Shown: in pieces, positions 1 through 13,900 of the stretch
Position numbering within the stretch: the first letter of the stretch is position 1
Layout of the letters: each line of letters opens with the position of its first letter
Assembly (NCBI GenBank): GCA_048128005.1
Contig: JBEUKZ010000022.1
Span: forward strand, 186,001 to 250,000
DNA: 64,000 nucleotides
Reading direction: 5' to 3'
DNA from: Veleropilina oligotropha
Lineage: Eukaryota
Notes under the pieces: generated by a model
Databases searched by the model: none
What the model was told of the DNA's origin: nothing
The model's input: the letters and a program-made list of their open reading frames with translations, nothing else
Position numbers and translations under genes: made by a program

Positions 1-183
1 GATACAGGTGATGACCAGTAATGGTCGGCTCTGGCTTTGTATGTATTTATTAGACAATTATATGAGAGGCATAACATGGTTTTGTTTTAACCAACATATA
101 TTAACACACTGGCATCGATGTTTACGGCCATTCTCCATATCATATTAAGAACATGAAATTTGTGTATCAGTTAAAATGTCATA

Positions 184-256
184 TATCCCGACGGGACTCG
201 AACCCGCGATCTCCTGAATTCCATCCAGGCGCTCTACCGACTAAGCTACGGGAACC
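184..256 (-). ncRNA. Representative tRNA-like Pol III cassette of the satellite monomer (not a canonical tRNA)
   Basis: Minus-strand consensus GGTTCCCG TA GCTT AGTCGGTA GAGC G CCTGG ACGGAAT TCAGG AGATC GCGGG TTCGAGT CCCGT CGGGATA. It has an A box (TAGCTTAGTCGG), a B box (GGTTCGAGTCC), paired D, anticodon and T stems, and a TTTT terminator about 8 nt downstream (173-176). The acceptor stem is only 5 bp and there is no U33. Confidence 0.7.
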
Positions 257-429
257 GACGAGAAACATGGCACTGAAACTGATACAGGTGATGACCAGTA
301 ACGGTCGGCTCTGGCTTGTATGTATTTATTAGACGATTATATGAGAGGCATAACATGGTTTTGTTTTAACCAACATATATTAACGCACTGGCATCGATGT
401 TTACGGCCATTCTCCATATCATATTAAGA

Positions 430-3400
430 ACATGAAATTTGTGTATCAGTTAAAATGTCATATATCCCGACGGGACTCGAACCAGCGATCTCCTGAATTC
501 CGTCCAGGCGCTCTACCGACTAAGCTACGGGAACTGACGAGAAACATGGCACTGAAACGGATACAGGTGATGATCAGTAACGGTCGGCTCTGGCTTGTAT
601 GTATTTATTAGACAATTATATGAGAGGCATAACATGGTTTTGTTTTAACCAACATATATTAACGCACTGGCATCGATGTTTACAGCCATTCTCCATATCA
701 TATTAAGAACATGAAATTTGTGTATCAGTTAAAATGTCATATATCCCGACGGGACTCGAACCAGCGATCTCCTGAATTCCGTCCAGGCGCTCTACCGACT
801 AAGCTACGGGAACCAACGAGAAACATGACACTGAAACTGATACAGGTGATGACCAGTAACGGTCGGCTCTGGCTTGTATGTATTTATTAGACAATTATAT
901 GAGAGGCATAACATGGTTTTGTTTTAACCAACATATATTAACACACTGGCATCGATGTTTACGGCCATTCTCCATATCATATTAAGAACATGAAATTTGT
1001 GTATCAGTTAAAATGTCATATATCCCGATGGGACTCGACCCCGTGATCTCCTGAATTCCGTCCAGGTGCTCAACCGACTAAGCTACGGGAACCGAAGAGA
1101 AACATGGCACTGAAACGGATACAGGTGATGACCAGTAACGGTCGGCTCTGGCTTGTATGTATTTATTAGACAATTATATGAGAGGCATAGCATGGTTTTG
1201 TTTTAACCAACATATATTAACCCACTGGCATCGATGTTTACGGCCATTCTCCATATCATATTAAGAACATGAAATTTGTGTATCAGTTAAAATGTCATAT
1301 ATCCCGACGGGACTCGAACCCGCGATCTCCTGAATTCCGTCCAGGCGCTCTACCGACTAAGCTACAGGAACCGACGAGAAACATGGCACTGAAACTGATA
1401 CAGGTGATGACCAGTAACGGTCGGCTCTGGCTTGTATGTATTTATTACACAATTATATGAGAGGCATAACATGGTTTTGTTTTAACCAACATATATTAAC
1501 GCACTGGCATCGATGTCTACTTCCATTCTCCATATCATATTAAGAACATGAAATTTGTGTATCAGCTAAAATGTCATATATCCCGATGGGACTCGAACCC
1601 GCGATCTCCTGAATTCCGTCCAGGCGCTCTACCGACTAAGCTACGGGAACCAACGAGAAACATGGCACTGAAACTGATACAGGTGATGACCAGTAATGGT
1701 TGGCTCTGGCTTGTATGTATTTATTAGACAATTATATGAGAGCCATAACATGGTTTTGTATTAACCAACATATATTAACGCACTGGCATCGATGTTTACG
1801 GCCATTCTCCATATCATGTTAAGAACATGAAATTTGTGTATCAGTTAAAATGTCATATATCCCGACGGGACTCGAACCCTTGATCTCCTGAATTCCGTCC
1901 AGGCGCTCTACCGACTAAGCTACGGGAACCGACGAGAAACATGGCACTGAAACTGATACAGGTGATGACCAGTAACGGTCGGCTCTGGCTTGTATGTATT
2001 TATTAGACAATTATATGAGAGGCATAACATGGTTTTGATTTAACCAACATATATTAACGCACTGGCATCGATGTTTACGGCCATTCTCCATATCATATTA
2101 AGAACATGAAATTTGTGTATCAGTTAAAATGTCATATATCCCGACGGGACTCGAACCCGCGATCTCCTGAATTCCATCCAGGCGCTCTACCGACTAAGCT
2201 ACGGGAACCGACGATAAACATGGCACTGGAACTGATACAGGTGATGACCAGTAACGGTCGGCTCTGGCTTGTATGTATTTATTAGACAATTATATGAGAG
2301 GCATAACATGGTTTTGTTTTAACCAACATATATTAACGCACTGGCATCGATGTTTACGGCCATTCTCCATATCATATTAAGAACATGAAATTTGTGTATC
2401 AGTTAAAATGTCATATATCACGATGGGACTCGAACCCACGATCTCCTGAATTCCGTCCAGGTGCTCTACCGACTAAGCTATGGGAACCGACGAGAAACAT
2501 GGCACTGAAACTGATACAGGTGATGACCAGTAACGGTCGGCTCTGGCTTGTATGTATTTATTAGACAATTATATGAGAGGCATAACATGGTTTTGTTTTA
2601 ACCAACATATATTAACGCACTGGCATCGATGTTTACGGCCATTCTCCATATCATATTAAGAACATGAAATTTGTGTATCAGTTAAAATGTCATATATCCC
2701 GACGGGACTCGAACCCGCGATCTCCTGAATTCCGTCCAGGCGCTCTACCGACTAAGCTACGGGAACCGACGAGAAACATGGCACTGAAACTGATACAGGT
2801 GATGACCAGTAACGGTCTGCTCTGGCTTGTATGTATTTATTAGACAATTATATGAGAGGCATAACATGGTTTTGTTTTAACCTACATATATTAACGCACT
2901 GGCATCGATGTTTACGGCCATTCTCCATATCATATTAAGAACATGAAATTTGTGTATCAGTTAAAATGTCATATATCCCGACGGGACTCGAACCAGCGAT
3001 CTCCTGAATTCCGTCCAGGCGCTCTACCGACTAAGCTACGGGAACTGACGAGAAACATGGCACTGAAACGGATACAGGTGATGATCAGTAACGGTCGGCT
3101 CTGGCTTGTATGTATTTATTAGACAATTATATGAGAGGCATAACATGGTTTTGTTTTAACCAACATATATTAACGCACTGGCATCGATGTTTACAGCCAT
3201 TCTCCATATCATATTAAGAACATGAAATTTGTGTATCAGTTAAAATGTCATATATCCCGACGGGACTCGAACCAGCGATCTCCTGAATTCCGTCCAGGCG
3301 CTCTACCGACTAAGCTACGGGAACCAACGAGAAACATGACACTGAAACTGATACAGGTGATGACCAGTAACGGTCGGCTCTGGCTTGTATGTATTTATTA

Positions 3401-5450
3401 GACAATTATATGAGAGGCATAACATGGTTTTGTTTTAACCAACATATATTAACACACTGGCATCGATGTTTACGGCCATTCTCCATATCATATTAAGAAC
3501 ATGAAATTTGTGTATCAGTTAAAATGTCATATATCCCGATGGGACTCGACCCCGTGATCTCCTGAATTCCGTCCAGGTGCTCAACCGACTAAGCTACGGG
3601 AACCGAAGAGAAACATGGCACTGAAACGGATACAGGTGATGACCAGTAACGGTCGGCTCTGGCTTGTATGTATTTATTAGACAATTATATGAGAGGCATA
3701 GCATGGTTTTGTTTTAACCAACATATATTAACCCACTGGCATCGATGTTTACGGCCATTCTCCATATCATATTAAGAACATGAAATTTGTGTATCAGTTA
3801 AAATGTCATATATCCCGACGGGACTCGAACCCGCGATCTCCTGAATTCCGTCCAGGCGCTCTACCGACTAAGCTACAGGAACCGACGAGAAACATGGCAC
3901 TGAAACTGATACAGGTGATGACCAGTAACGGTCGGCTCTGGCTTGTATGTATTTATTACACAATTATATGAGAGGCATAACATGGTTTTGTTTTAACCAA
4001 CATATATTAACGCACTGGCATCGATGTCTACTTCCATTCTCCATATCATATTAAGAACATGAAATTTGTGTATCAGCTAAAATGTCATATATCCCGATGG
4101 GACTCGAACCCGCGATCTCCTGAATTCCGTCCAGGCGCTCTACCGACTAAGCTACGGGAACCAACGAGAAACATGGCACTGAAACTGATACAGGTGATGA
4201 CCAGTAATGGTTGGCTCTGGCTTGTATGTATTTATTAGACAATTATATGAGAGCCATAACATGGTTTTGTATTAACCAACATATATTAACGCACTGGCAT
4301 CGATGTTTACGGCCATTCTCCATATCATGTTAAGAACATGAAATTTGTGTATCAGTTAAAATGTCATATATCCCGACGGGACTCGAACCCTTGATCTCCT
4401 GAATTCCGTCCAGGCGCTCTACCGACTAAGCTACGGGAACCGACGAGAAACATGGCACTGAAACTGATACAGGTGATGACCAGTAACGGTCGGCTCTGGC
4501 TTGTATGTATTTATTAGACAATTATATGAGAGGCATAACATGGTTTTGATTTAACCAACATATATTAACGCACTGGCATCGATGTTTACGGCCATTCTCC
4601 ATATCATATTAAGAACATGAAATTTGTGTATCAGTTAAAATGTCATATATCCCGACGGGACTCGAACCCGCGATCTCCTGAATTCCATCCAGGCGCTCTA
4701 CCGACTAAGCTACGGGAACCGACGATAAACATGGCACTGGAACTGATACAGGTGATGACCAGTAACGGTCGGCTCTGGCTTGTATGTATTTATTAGACAA
4801 TTATATGAGAGGCATAACATGGTTTTGTTTTAACCAACATATATTAACGCACTGGCATCGATGTTTACGGCCATTCTCCATATCATATTAAGAACATGAA
4901 ATTTGTGTATCAGTTAAAATGTCATATATCACGATGGGACTCGAACCCACGATCTCCTGAATTCCGTCCAGGTGCTCTACCGACTAAGCTATGGGAACCG
5001 ACGAGAAACATGGCACTGAAACTGATACAGGTGATGACCAGTAACGGTCGGCTCTGGCTTGTATGTATTTATTAGACAATTATATGAGAGGCATAACATG
5101 GTTTTGTTTTAACCAACATATATTAACGCACTGGCATCGATGTTTACGGCCATTCTCCATATCATATTAAGAACATGAAATTTGTGTATCAGTTAAAATG
5201 TCATATATCCCGACGGGACTCGAACCCGCGATCTCCTGAATTCCGTCCAGGCGCTCTACCGACTAAGCTACGGGAACCGACGAGAAACATGGCACTGAAA
5301 CTGATACAGGTGATGACCAGTAACGGTCTGCTCTGGCTTGTATGTATTTATTAGACAATTATATGAGAGGCATAACATGGTTTTGTTTTAACCTACATAT
5401 ATTAACGCACTGGCATCGATGTTTACGGCCATTCTCCATATCATATTAAG
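430..5450. repeat. Higher-order tandem duplication, 2511 bp (9 monomers)
   Basis: Private variants recur at exactly +2511: ACCAGCG 481/2992, CCTACATA 2881/5392, and the identical 63-aa ORFs at 1269/3780. Confidence 0.93.
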
Positions 5451-6486
5451 AACATGAAATTTGTGTATCAGTTAAAATGTCATATATCCCGACGGGACTC
5501 GAACCCACGATCTCCTGAATTCCGTCCAGGCGCTCTACTGACTAAGCTACGGGAACCGACGAGAAACATGGCACTGAAACTGATACAGGTGATGACCAGT
5601 AACGGTCGGCTCTGGCTTGTATGTATTTATTAGACAATTATATGAGAGGCATAACATGGTTTTGATTAACCAACATATATTAACGCACTGGCATCGATGT
5701 TTACGGCCATTCTCCATATCCTATTAAGAACATGAAATTTGTGTATCAGTTAAAATGTCATATATCCCGACGGGACTCGAACCCGCGATCACCTGAATTC
5801 CGTCCAGGCGCTCTACCGACTAAGCTACGGGAACCGACGAGAAACATGGCACTGAAACTGATACAGGTGATGACCAGTAACGGTCGGCTCTGGCTTGTAT
5901 GTATTTATTAGACAATTATATGAGAGGCATAACATGGTTTTGTTTTAACCAACATATATTAACGCACTGGCATCGATGTTTATGACCATTCTCCATATCA
6001 TATTAAGAACATGAAATTTGTGTATCAGTTAAAATGTCATATGTCCCGACGGGACCCGAACCCGCGATCTCCTGAATTCCGTCCAGGCGCTCTACCAACT
6101 AAGCTATGGGAACCGACGAGAAACATGGCACTGAAACTGATACAGGTGATGACCAGTAACGGTCGGCTCTGGCTTGTATGTATTTATTAGACAATTATAT
6201 GAGAGGCATAACATGGTTTTGTTTTAACCAACATATATTAACGCACTGGCATCGATGTTTACGGCCATTCTCCATATCATATTAAGAACATGAAATTTGT
6301 GTATCAGTTAAAATGTCATATATCCCGACGGGACTCGAACCCGCGATCTCCTGAATTCCGTCCAGGCGCTCTACCGACTAAGCTACGGGAACCGACGAGA
6401 AACATGGCACTGAAACTGATACATGTGATGACCAGTAATGGTCGGCTCTGGCCTGTATGTATTTATTAGACAATTATATGAGAGGC

Positions 6487-6744
6487 GGAGGAGGAATTAT
6501 GCTTAATGTCCTGTATATTTATAACATCGAGGTTCAAGGCAGGACATGTCCGTGTTATCGCGGGAGGAAACCCCGGTCGCCGGGTAAGTCGCCCTCTCCG
6601 GCCAGTCACGGACAACTGTGCTTCATAACTTGAACAAATGTGTGCTGCCTCAGCCGGGGGTCGATCCCACTACTGTTTGCGTCAGCGGAAACAAGCCAGT
6701 GAATTTAGAGTGGACACTCTACCCACTGCGCTACCGAAGCGGCC
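6487..6744 (-). mobile_element. tRNA-derived SINE (258 bp) inserted in a satellite monomer
   Basis: 12-bp TSD TATATGAGAGGC at 6475-6486 and 6745-6756. The minus strand starts GGCCGCTTCGGTAGCGCAGTGGGTAGAG (A box), has a B-box-like GGGATCGACCC, and ends in (TCC)3. Confidence 0.9.
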
Positions 6745-9700
6745 TATATGAGAGGCATAACATGGTTTTGTTTTAACCAACATATATTAACACACTGGCA
6801 TCGATGTTTACGGCCATTCTCCATATCATATTAAGAACATGAAATTTGTGTATCAGTTAAAATGTCATATATCCCGACGGGACTCGAACCCGCGATCTCC
6901 TGAATTCCGTTAAGGCGCTCTACCGACTAAGCTACGGGAACCGACAAGAAACATGGCACTGAAACGGATACAGGTGATGATCAGTAACGGTCGGCTCTGG
7001 CTTGTATGTATTTATTAGACAATTATATGAGAGGCATAACATGGTTTTGATTTAACCAACATATATTAACGCACTGGCATCGATGTTTACGGCCATTCTC
7101 CATATCGTATTAAGAACATGAAATTTGTGTATCAGTTAAAATGTCATATATCCCGATGGGACTCGAACCCGCGATCTCCTGAATTCCGTCCAGGCGCTCT
7201 ACCGACTAAGCTACGGGAACCGACGAGACACATGGCACTGAAACGGATACAGGTGATGACCAGTAACGGTCGGCTCTGGCTTGTATGTATTTATTAGACA
7301 ATTATATGAGAGGCATAACATGGTTTTGTTTTAACCAACATATATTAACACACTGGCATCGATGTTTACGGCCATTCTCCATATCATATTAAGAACATGA
7401 AATTTGTGTATCAGTTAAAATGTCATATATCCTGACGGGACTCGAACCCGTGATCTGAATTCCATCCAGGCGCTCTACCGACTAAGCTACGGGAACCGAC
7501 GAGAAACATGGCACTGAAACTGGTACAGGTGATGACCAGTAACGGTCGGCTCTGGCTTGTATGTATTTATTAGACAATTATATGAGAGGCATAACATGGT
7601 TTTGTTTTAACCAACATATATTAAGGCACTGGCATCGATGTTTACGGCCATTATCCATATCATATTAAGAACATGAAATTTGTTGTATCAGTTAAAATGT
7701 CATATATCCCGACGGGACTCGAACCCGCGATCTCCTGAATTCCGTCCAGGCGCTCTACCGACTAAGCTACGGGAACCGACGAGACACATGGCACTGAAAC
7801 GGATACAGGTGATGACCAGTAACGGTCGGCTCTGGCTTCTATGTATTTATTAGACAATTATATGAGAGGCATAACATGGTTTTGTTTTAACCAACATATA
7901 TTAACGCACTGGCATCGATGTTTACGGCCATTCTCCATATCATATTAAGAACATCAAATTTGTGTATCAGTTAAAATGTCATATATCCCGACGGGACTCG
8001 AACCCGCGATCTCCTGAATTCCGTCCAGGCGCTCTACCGACTAAGCTACGGGAACCGACGAGACACATGGCACTGAAACGGATACAGGTGATGACCAGTA
8101 ACGGTCGGCTCTGGCTTGTATGTATTTATTAGACAATTATATGAGAGGCATAACATGGTTTTGTTTTAACCAACATATATTAACGCACTGGCATCGATGT
8201 ATACGGCCATTCTCCATATCATATTAAGAAAATCAAATTTGTGTATCAGTTAAAATGTCATATATCCCGACGGGACTCGAACCCGCGATCTCCTGAATTC
8301 CGTCCAGGAGCTCTACCGACTAAGCTATGGGAACCGACGAGAAACATGGCACTGAAACTGATACAGGTGATGACCAGTAATGGTCGGCTCTGGCTTGTAT
8401 GTATTTATTAGACAATTATATGAGAGGAATAACATGGTTTTGTATTAACCAACATATATTAACGCACTGGCATCGATGTTTACGGCCATTCTCCATATCA
8501 TGTTAAGAACATGAAATTTGTGTATCAGTTAAAATGTCATATATCCCGACGGGACTCGAACCCTTGATCTCCTGAATTCCGTCCAGGCGCTCTACCGACT
8601 AAGCTACGGGAACCGACGAGAAACATGGCACTGAAACTGATACAGGTGATGACCAGTAACGGTCGGCTCTGGCTTGTATGTATTTATTAGACAATTATAT
8701 GAGAGGCATAACATGGTTTTGATTTAACCAACATATATTAACGCACTGGCATCGATGTTTACGGCCATTCTCCATATCATATTAAGAACATGAAATTTGT
8801 GTATCAGTTAAAATGTCATATATCCCGACGGGACTCGAACCCGCGATCTCCTGAATTCCGTCCAGGCGCTCTACCGACTAAGCTACGGGAACCGACGATA
8901 AACATGGCACTGGAACTGATACAGGTGATGACCAGTAACGGTCGGCTCTGGCTTGTATGTATTTATTAGACAATTATATGAGAGGCATAACATGGTTTTG
9001 TTTTAACCAACATATATTAACGCACTGGCATCGATGTTTACGGCCATTCTCCATATCATATTAAGAACATGAAATTTGTGTATCAGTTAAAATGTCATAT
9101 ATCACGATGGGACTCGAACCCACGATCTCCTGAATTCCGTCCAGGTGCTCTACCGACTAAGCTATGGGAACCGACGAGAAACATGGCACTGAAACTGATA
9201 CAGGTGATGACCAGTAACGGTCGGCTCTGGCTTGTATGTATTTATTAGACAATTATATGAGAGGCATAACATGGTTTTGTTTTAACCAACATATATTAAC
9301 GCACTGGCATCGATGTTTACGGCCATTCTCCATATCATATTAAGAACATGAAATTTGTGTATCAGTTAAAATGTCATATATCCCGACGGGACTCGAACCC
9401 GCGATCTCCTGAATTCCGTCCAGGCGCTCTACCGACTAAGCTACGGGAACCGACGATAAACATGGCACTGAAACTGATACAGGTGATGACCAGTAACGGT
9501 CTGCTCTGGCTTGTATGTATTTATTAGACAATTATATGAGAGGCATAACATGGTTTTGTTTTAACCAACATATATTAACGCACTGGCATCGATGTTTACG
9601 GCCATTCTCCATATCATATTAAGAACATGAAATTTGTGTATCAGTTAAAATGTCATATATCCCGACGGGACTCGAACCCACGATCTCCTGAATTCCGTCC

Positions 9701-10659
9701 AGGCGCTCTACTGACTAAGCTACGGGAACCGACGAGAAACATGGCACTGAAACTGATACAGGTGATGACCAGTAACGGTCGGCTCTGGCTTGTATGTATT
9801 TATTAGACAATTATATGAGAGGCATAACATGGTTTTGATTAACCAACATATATTAATGCACTGGCATCGATGTTTACGGCCATTCTCCATATCCTATTAA
9901 GAACATGAAATTTGTGTATCAGTTAAAATGTCATATATCCCGACGGGACTCGAACCCGCGATCACCTGAATTCCGTCCAGGCGCTCTACCGACTAAGCTA
10001 CGGGAACCGACGAGAAACATGGCACTGAAACTGATACAGGTGATGACCAGTAACGGTCGGCTCTGGCTTGTATGTATTTATTAGACAATTATATGAGAGG
10101 CATAACATGGTTTTGTTTTAACCAACATATATTAACGCACTGGCATCGATGTTTACGACCATTCTCCATATCATATTAAGAACATGAAATTTGTGTATCA
10201 GTTAAAATGTCATATGTCCCGACGGGACCCGAACCCGCGATCTCCTGAATTCCGTCCAGGCGCTCTACCAACTAAGCTATGGGAACCGACGAGAAACATG
10301 GCACTGAAACTGATACAGGTGATGACCAGTAACGGTCGGCTCTGGCTTGTATGTATTTATTAGACAATTATATGAGAGGCATAACATGGTTTTGTTTTAA
10401 CCAACATATATTAATGCACTGGCATCGATGTTTACGGCCATTCTCCATATCATATTAAGAACATGAAATTTGTGTATCAGTTAAAATGTCATATATCCCG
10501 ACGGGACTCGAACCCGCGATCTCCTGAATTCCGTCCAGGCGCTCTACCGACTAAGCTACGGGAACCGACGAGAAACATGGCACTGAAACTGATACATGTG
10601 ATGACCAGTAACGGTCGGCTCTGGCCTGTATGTATTTATTAGACAATTATATGAGAGGC

Positions 10660-10917
10660 GGAGGAGGAATTATGCTTAATGTCCTGTATATTTATAACAT
10701 CGAGGTTCAAGGCAGGACATGTCCGTGTTATCGCGGGAGGAAACCCCGGTCGCCGGGTAAGTCGCCCTCTCCGGCCAGTCACGGACAACTGTGCTTCATA
10801 ACTTGAACAAATGTGTGCTGCCTCAGCCGGGGGTCGATCCCACTACTGTTTGCGTCAGCGGAAACAAGCCAGTGAATTTAGAGTGGACACTCTACCCACT
10901 GCGCTACCGAAGCGGCC
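10660..10917 (-). mobile_element. Second copy of the same SINE, carried by the 4173-bp duplication
   Basis: Same sequence, same TSD and same monomer position as 6487-6744. Confidence 0.9.
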
Positions 10918-13900
10918 TATATGAGAGGCATAACATGGTTTTGTTTTAACCAACATATATTAACACACTGGCATCGATGTTTATGGCCATTCTCCATATC
11001 ATATTAAGAACATGAAATTTGTGTATCAGTTAAAATGTCATATATCCCGACGGGACTCGAACCCGCGATCTCCTGAATTCCGTCCAGGCGCTCTACCGAC
11101 TAAGCTACGGGAACCGACAAGAAACATGGCACTGAAACGGATACAGGTGATGATCAGTAACGGTCGGCTCTGGCTTGTATGTATTTATTAGACAATGATA
11201 TGAGAGGCATAACATGGTTTTGTTTTAACCAACATATATTAACGCACTGGCATCGATGTTTACGGCCATTCTCCATATCGTATTAAGAACATGAAATTTG
11301 TGTATCAGTTAAAATGTCATATATCCCGATGGGACTCGAACCCGCGATCTCCTGAATTCCGTCCAGGCGCTCTACCGACTAAGCTACGGGAACCGACGAG
11401 ACACATGGCACTGAAACGGATACAGGTGATGACCAGTAACGGTCGGCTCTGGCTTGTATGTATTTATTAGACAATTATATGAGAGGCATAACATGGTTTT
11501 GTTTTAACCAACATATATTAACACACTGGCATCGATGTTTACGGCCATTCTCCATATCATATTAAGAACATGAAATTTGTGTATCAGTTAAAATGTCATA
11601 TATCCTGACGGGACTCGAACCCGTGATCTGAATTCCATCCAGGCACTCTACCGACTAAGCTACGGGAACCGACGAGAAACATGGCACTGAAACTGATACA
11701 GGTGATGACCAGTAACGGTCGGCTCTGGCTTGTATGTATTTATTAGACAATTATATGAGAGGCATAACATGGTTTTGTTTTAACCAACATATATTAAGGC
11801 ACTGGCATCGATGTTTACGGCCATTCTCCATATCATATTAAGAACATGAAATTTGTTGTATCAGTTAAAATGTCATATATCCCGACGGGACTCGAACCCG
11901 CGATCTCCTGAATTCCGTCCAGGCGCTCTACCGACTAAGCTACGGGAACCGACGAGACACATGGCACTGAAACGGATACAGGTGATGACCAGTAACGGTC
12001 GGCTCTGGCTTGTATGTATTTATTAGACAATTATATGAGAGGCATAACATGGTTTTGTTTTAACCAACATATATTAACGCACTGGCATCGATGTTTACGG
12101 CCATTCTCCATATCATATTAAGAACATCAAATTTGTGTATCAGTTAAAATGTCATATATCCCGACGGGACTCGAACCCGCGATCTCCTGAATTCCGTCCA
12201 GGCGCTCTACCGACTAAGCTACGGGAACCGACGAGACACATGGCACTGAAACGGATACAGGTGATGACCAGTAACGGTCGGCTCTGGCTTGTATGTATTT
12301 ATTAGACAATTATATGAGAGGCATAACATGGTTTTGTTTTAACCAACATATATTAACGCACTGGCATCGATGTTTACGGCCATTCTCCATATCATATTAA
12401 GAACATCAAATTTGTGTATCAGTTAAAATGTCATATATCCCGACGGGACTCGAACCCGCGATCTCCTGAATTCCGTCCAGGAGCTCTACCGACTAAGCTA
12501 TGGGAACCGACGAGAAACATGGCACTGAAACTGATACAGGTGATGACCAGTAATGGTCGGCTCTGGCTTGTATGTATTTATTAGACAATTATATGAGAGG
12601 AATAACATGGTTTTGTTTTAACCAACATATATTAACGCACTGGCATCGATGTTTACGGCCATTTTCCATATCATATTGAGAACATGAAATTTATGTATCA
12701 GTTAAAATGTCATATATCCCGACGGGACTCGAACCCGCGATCTCCTGAATTCTGTCCAGGCGCTCTACCGACTAAGCTACGGGAACCGACGAGAAACATG
12801 GCACTGAAACTGATACAGGTGATGACCAGTAACGGTCGGCTCTGGCTTGTATGTATTTATTAGACAATTATATGAGAGGCATAACATGGTTTTGTTTTAA
12901 CCAACATATATTAACGCACTGTCATCGATGTCTACGGCCATTCTCCATATCATATTAAGAACATGAAATTTGTGTATCAGTTAAAATGTCATATATCCCG
13001 ACGGGACTCGAACCCGCGATCTCCTGAATTCCGTCAAGGCGCTCTACCGACTAAGCTACGGGAACCGACGAGAAACATGGCACTGAAACTGATACAGGTG
13101 ATGACCAGTAACGGTCGGCTCTGGCTTGTATGTATTTATTAGACAATTATATGAGAGGCATAACATGGTTTTGTTTTAACCAACATATATTAACGCACTG
13201 GCATCGATGTTTACGGCCCTTCTCCATATCATATTAAGAACATGAAATTTGTGTATCAGTTAAAATGTCATATATCCCGACGGGACTCGAACCCGCGATC
13301 TCCTGAATTCCGTCCAGGCGCTCTACCCACTAAGCTACGGGAACCGACGAGAAACATGGCACTGAAACTAATACAGGTGATGACCAGTAACTGTCGGCTC
13401 TGGCTTGTATGTATTTATTAGACAATTATATGAGAGGCATAACATGGTTTTGTTTTAACCAACATATATTAATGCACTGGCATCGATGTTTACGGCCATT
13501 CTCCATATCATATTAACAACATGAAATTTGTGTATCAGTTAAAATGTCATATATCCCGATGGGACTCGAACCCGCGATCTCCTGAATTCCGTCCAGGCGT
13601 TCTACCGACTAAGCTACGGGAACCGACGAGAAACATGGCACTGAAACTGATACAGGTGATGACCAGTAACGGTCGGCTCTGGCTTGTATGTATTTATTAG
13701 ACAATTATATGAGAGGCATAACATGGTTTTGTTTTAACCAACATATATTAACGCACTGGCATCGATGTTTATGGCCATTCTCCATATCATATTAAGAACA
13801 TGAAATTTGTGTATCAGTTAAAATGTCATATATCCCGACGGGACTCGAACCCGCGATCTCCTGAATTCCGTCCAGGCGCTCTACCGACTAAGCTACGGGA

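Larger units (their letters stand above)
4270..12610. repeat. Higher-order tandem duplication, 4173 bp (14 monomers plus SINE)
   Basis: Variants recur at +4173: CCTTGATCT 4389/8562, SINE start 6487/10660, GAGGAATAAC about 8425/12598, plus the same small indels. Confidence 0.9.

Noticed and set aside
270..315. Hammerhead ribozyme in the monomer (TGATGACC...GGTCG)
   Set aside because: It lacks the C of CTGATGA and the GAAA after stem II. I also saw no convincing hammerhead near the Penelope remnant.
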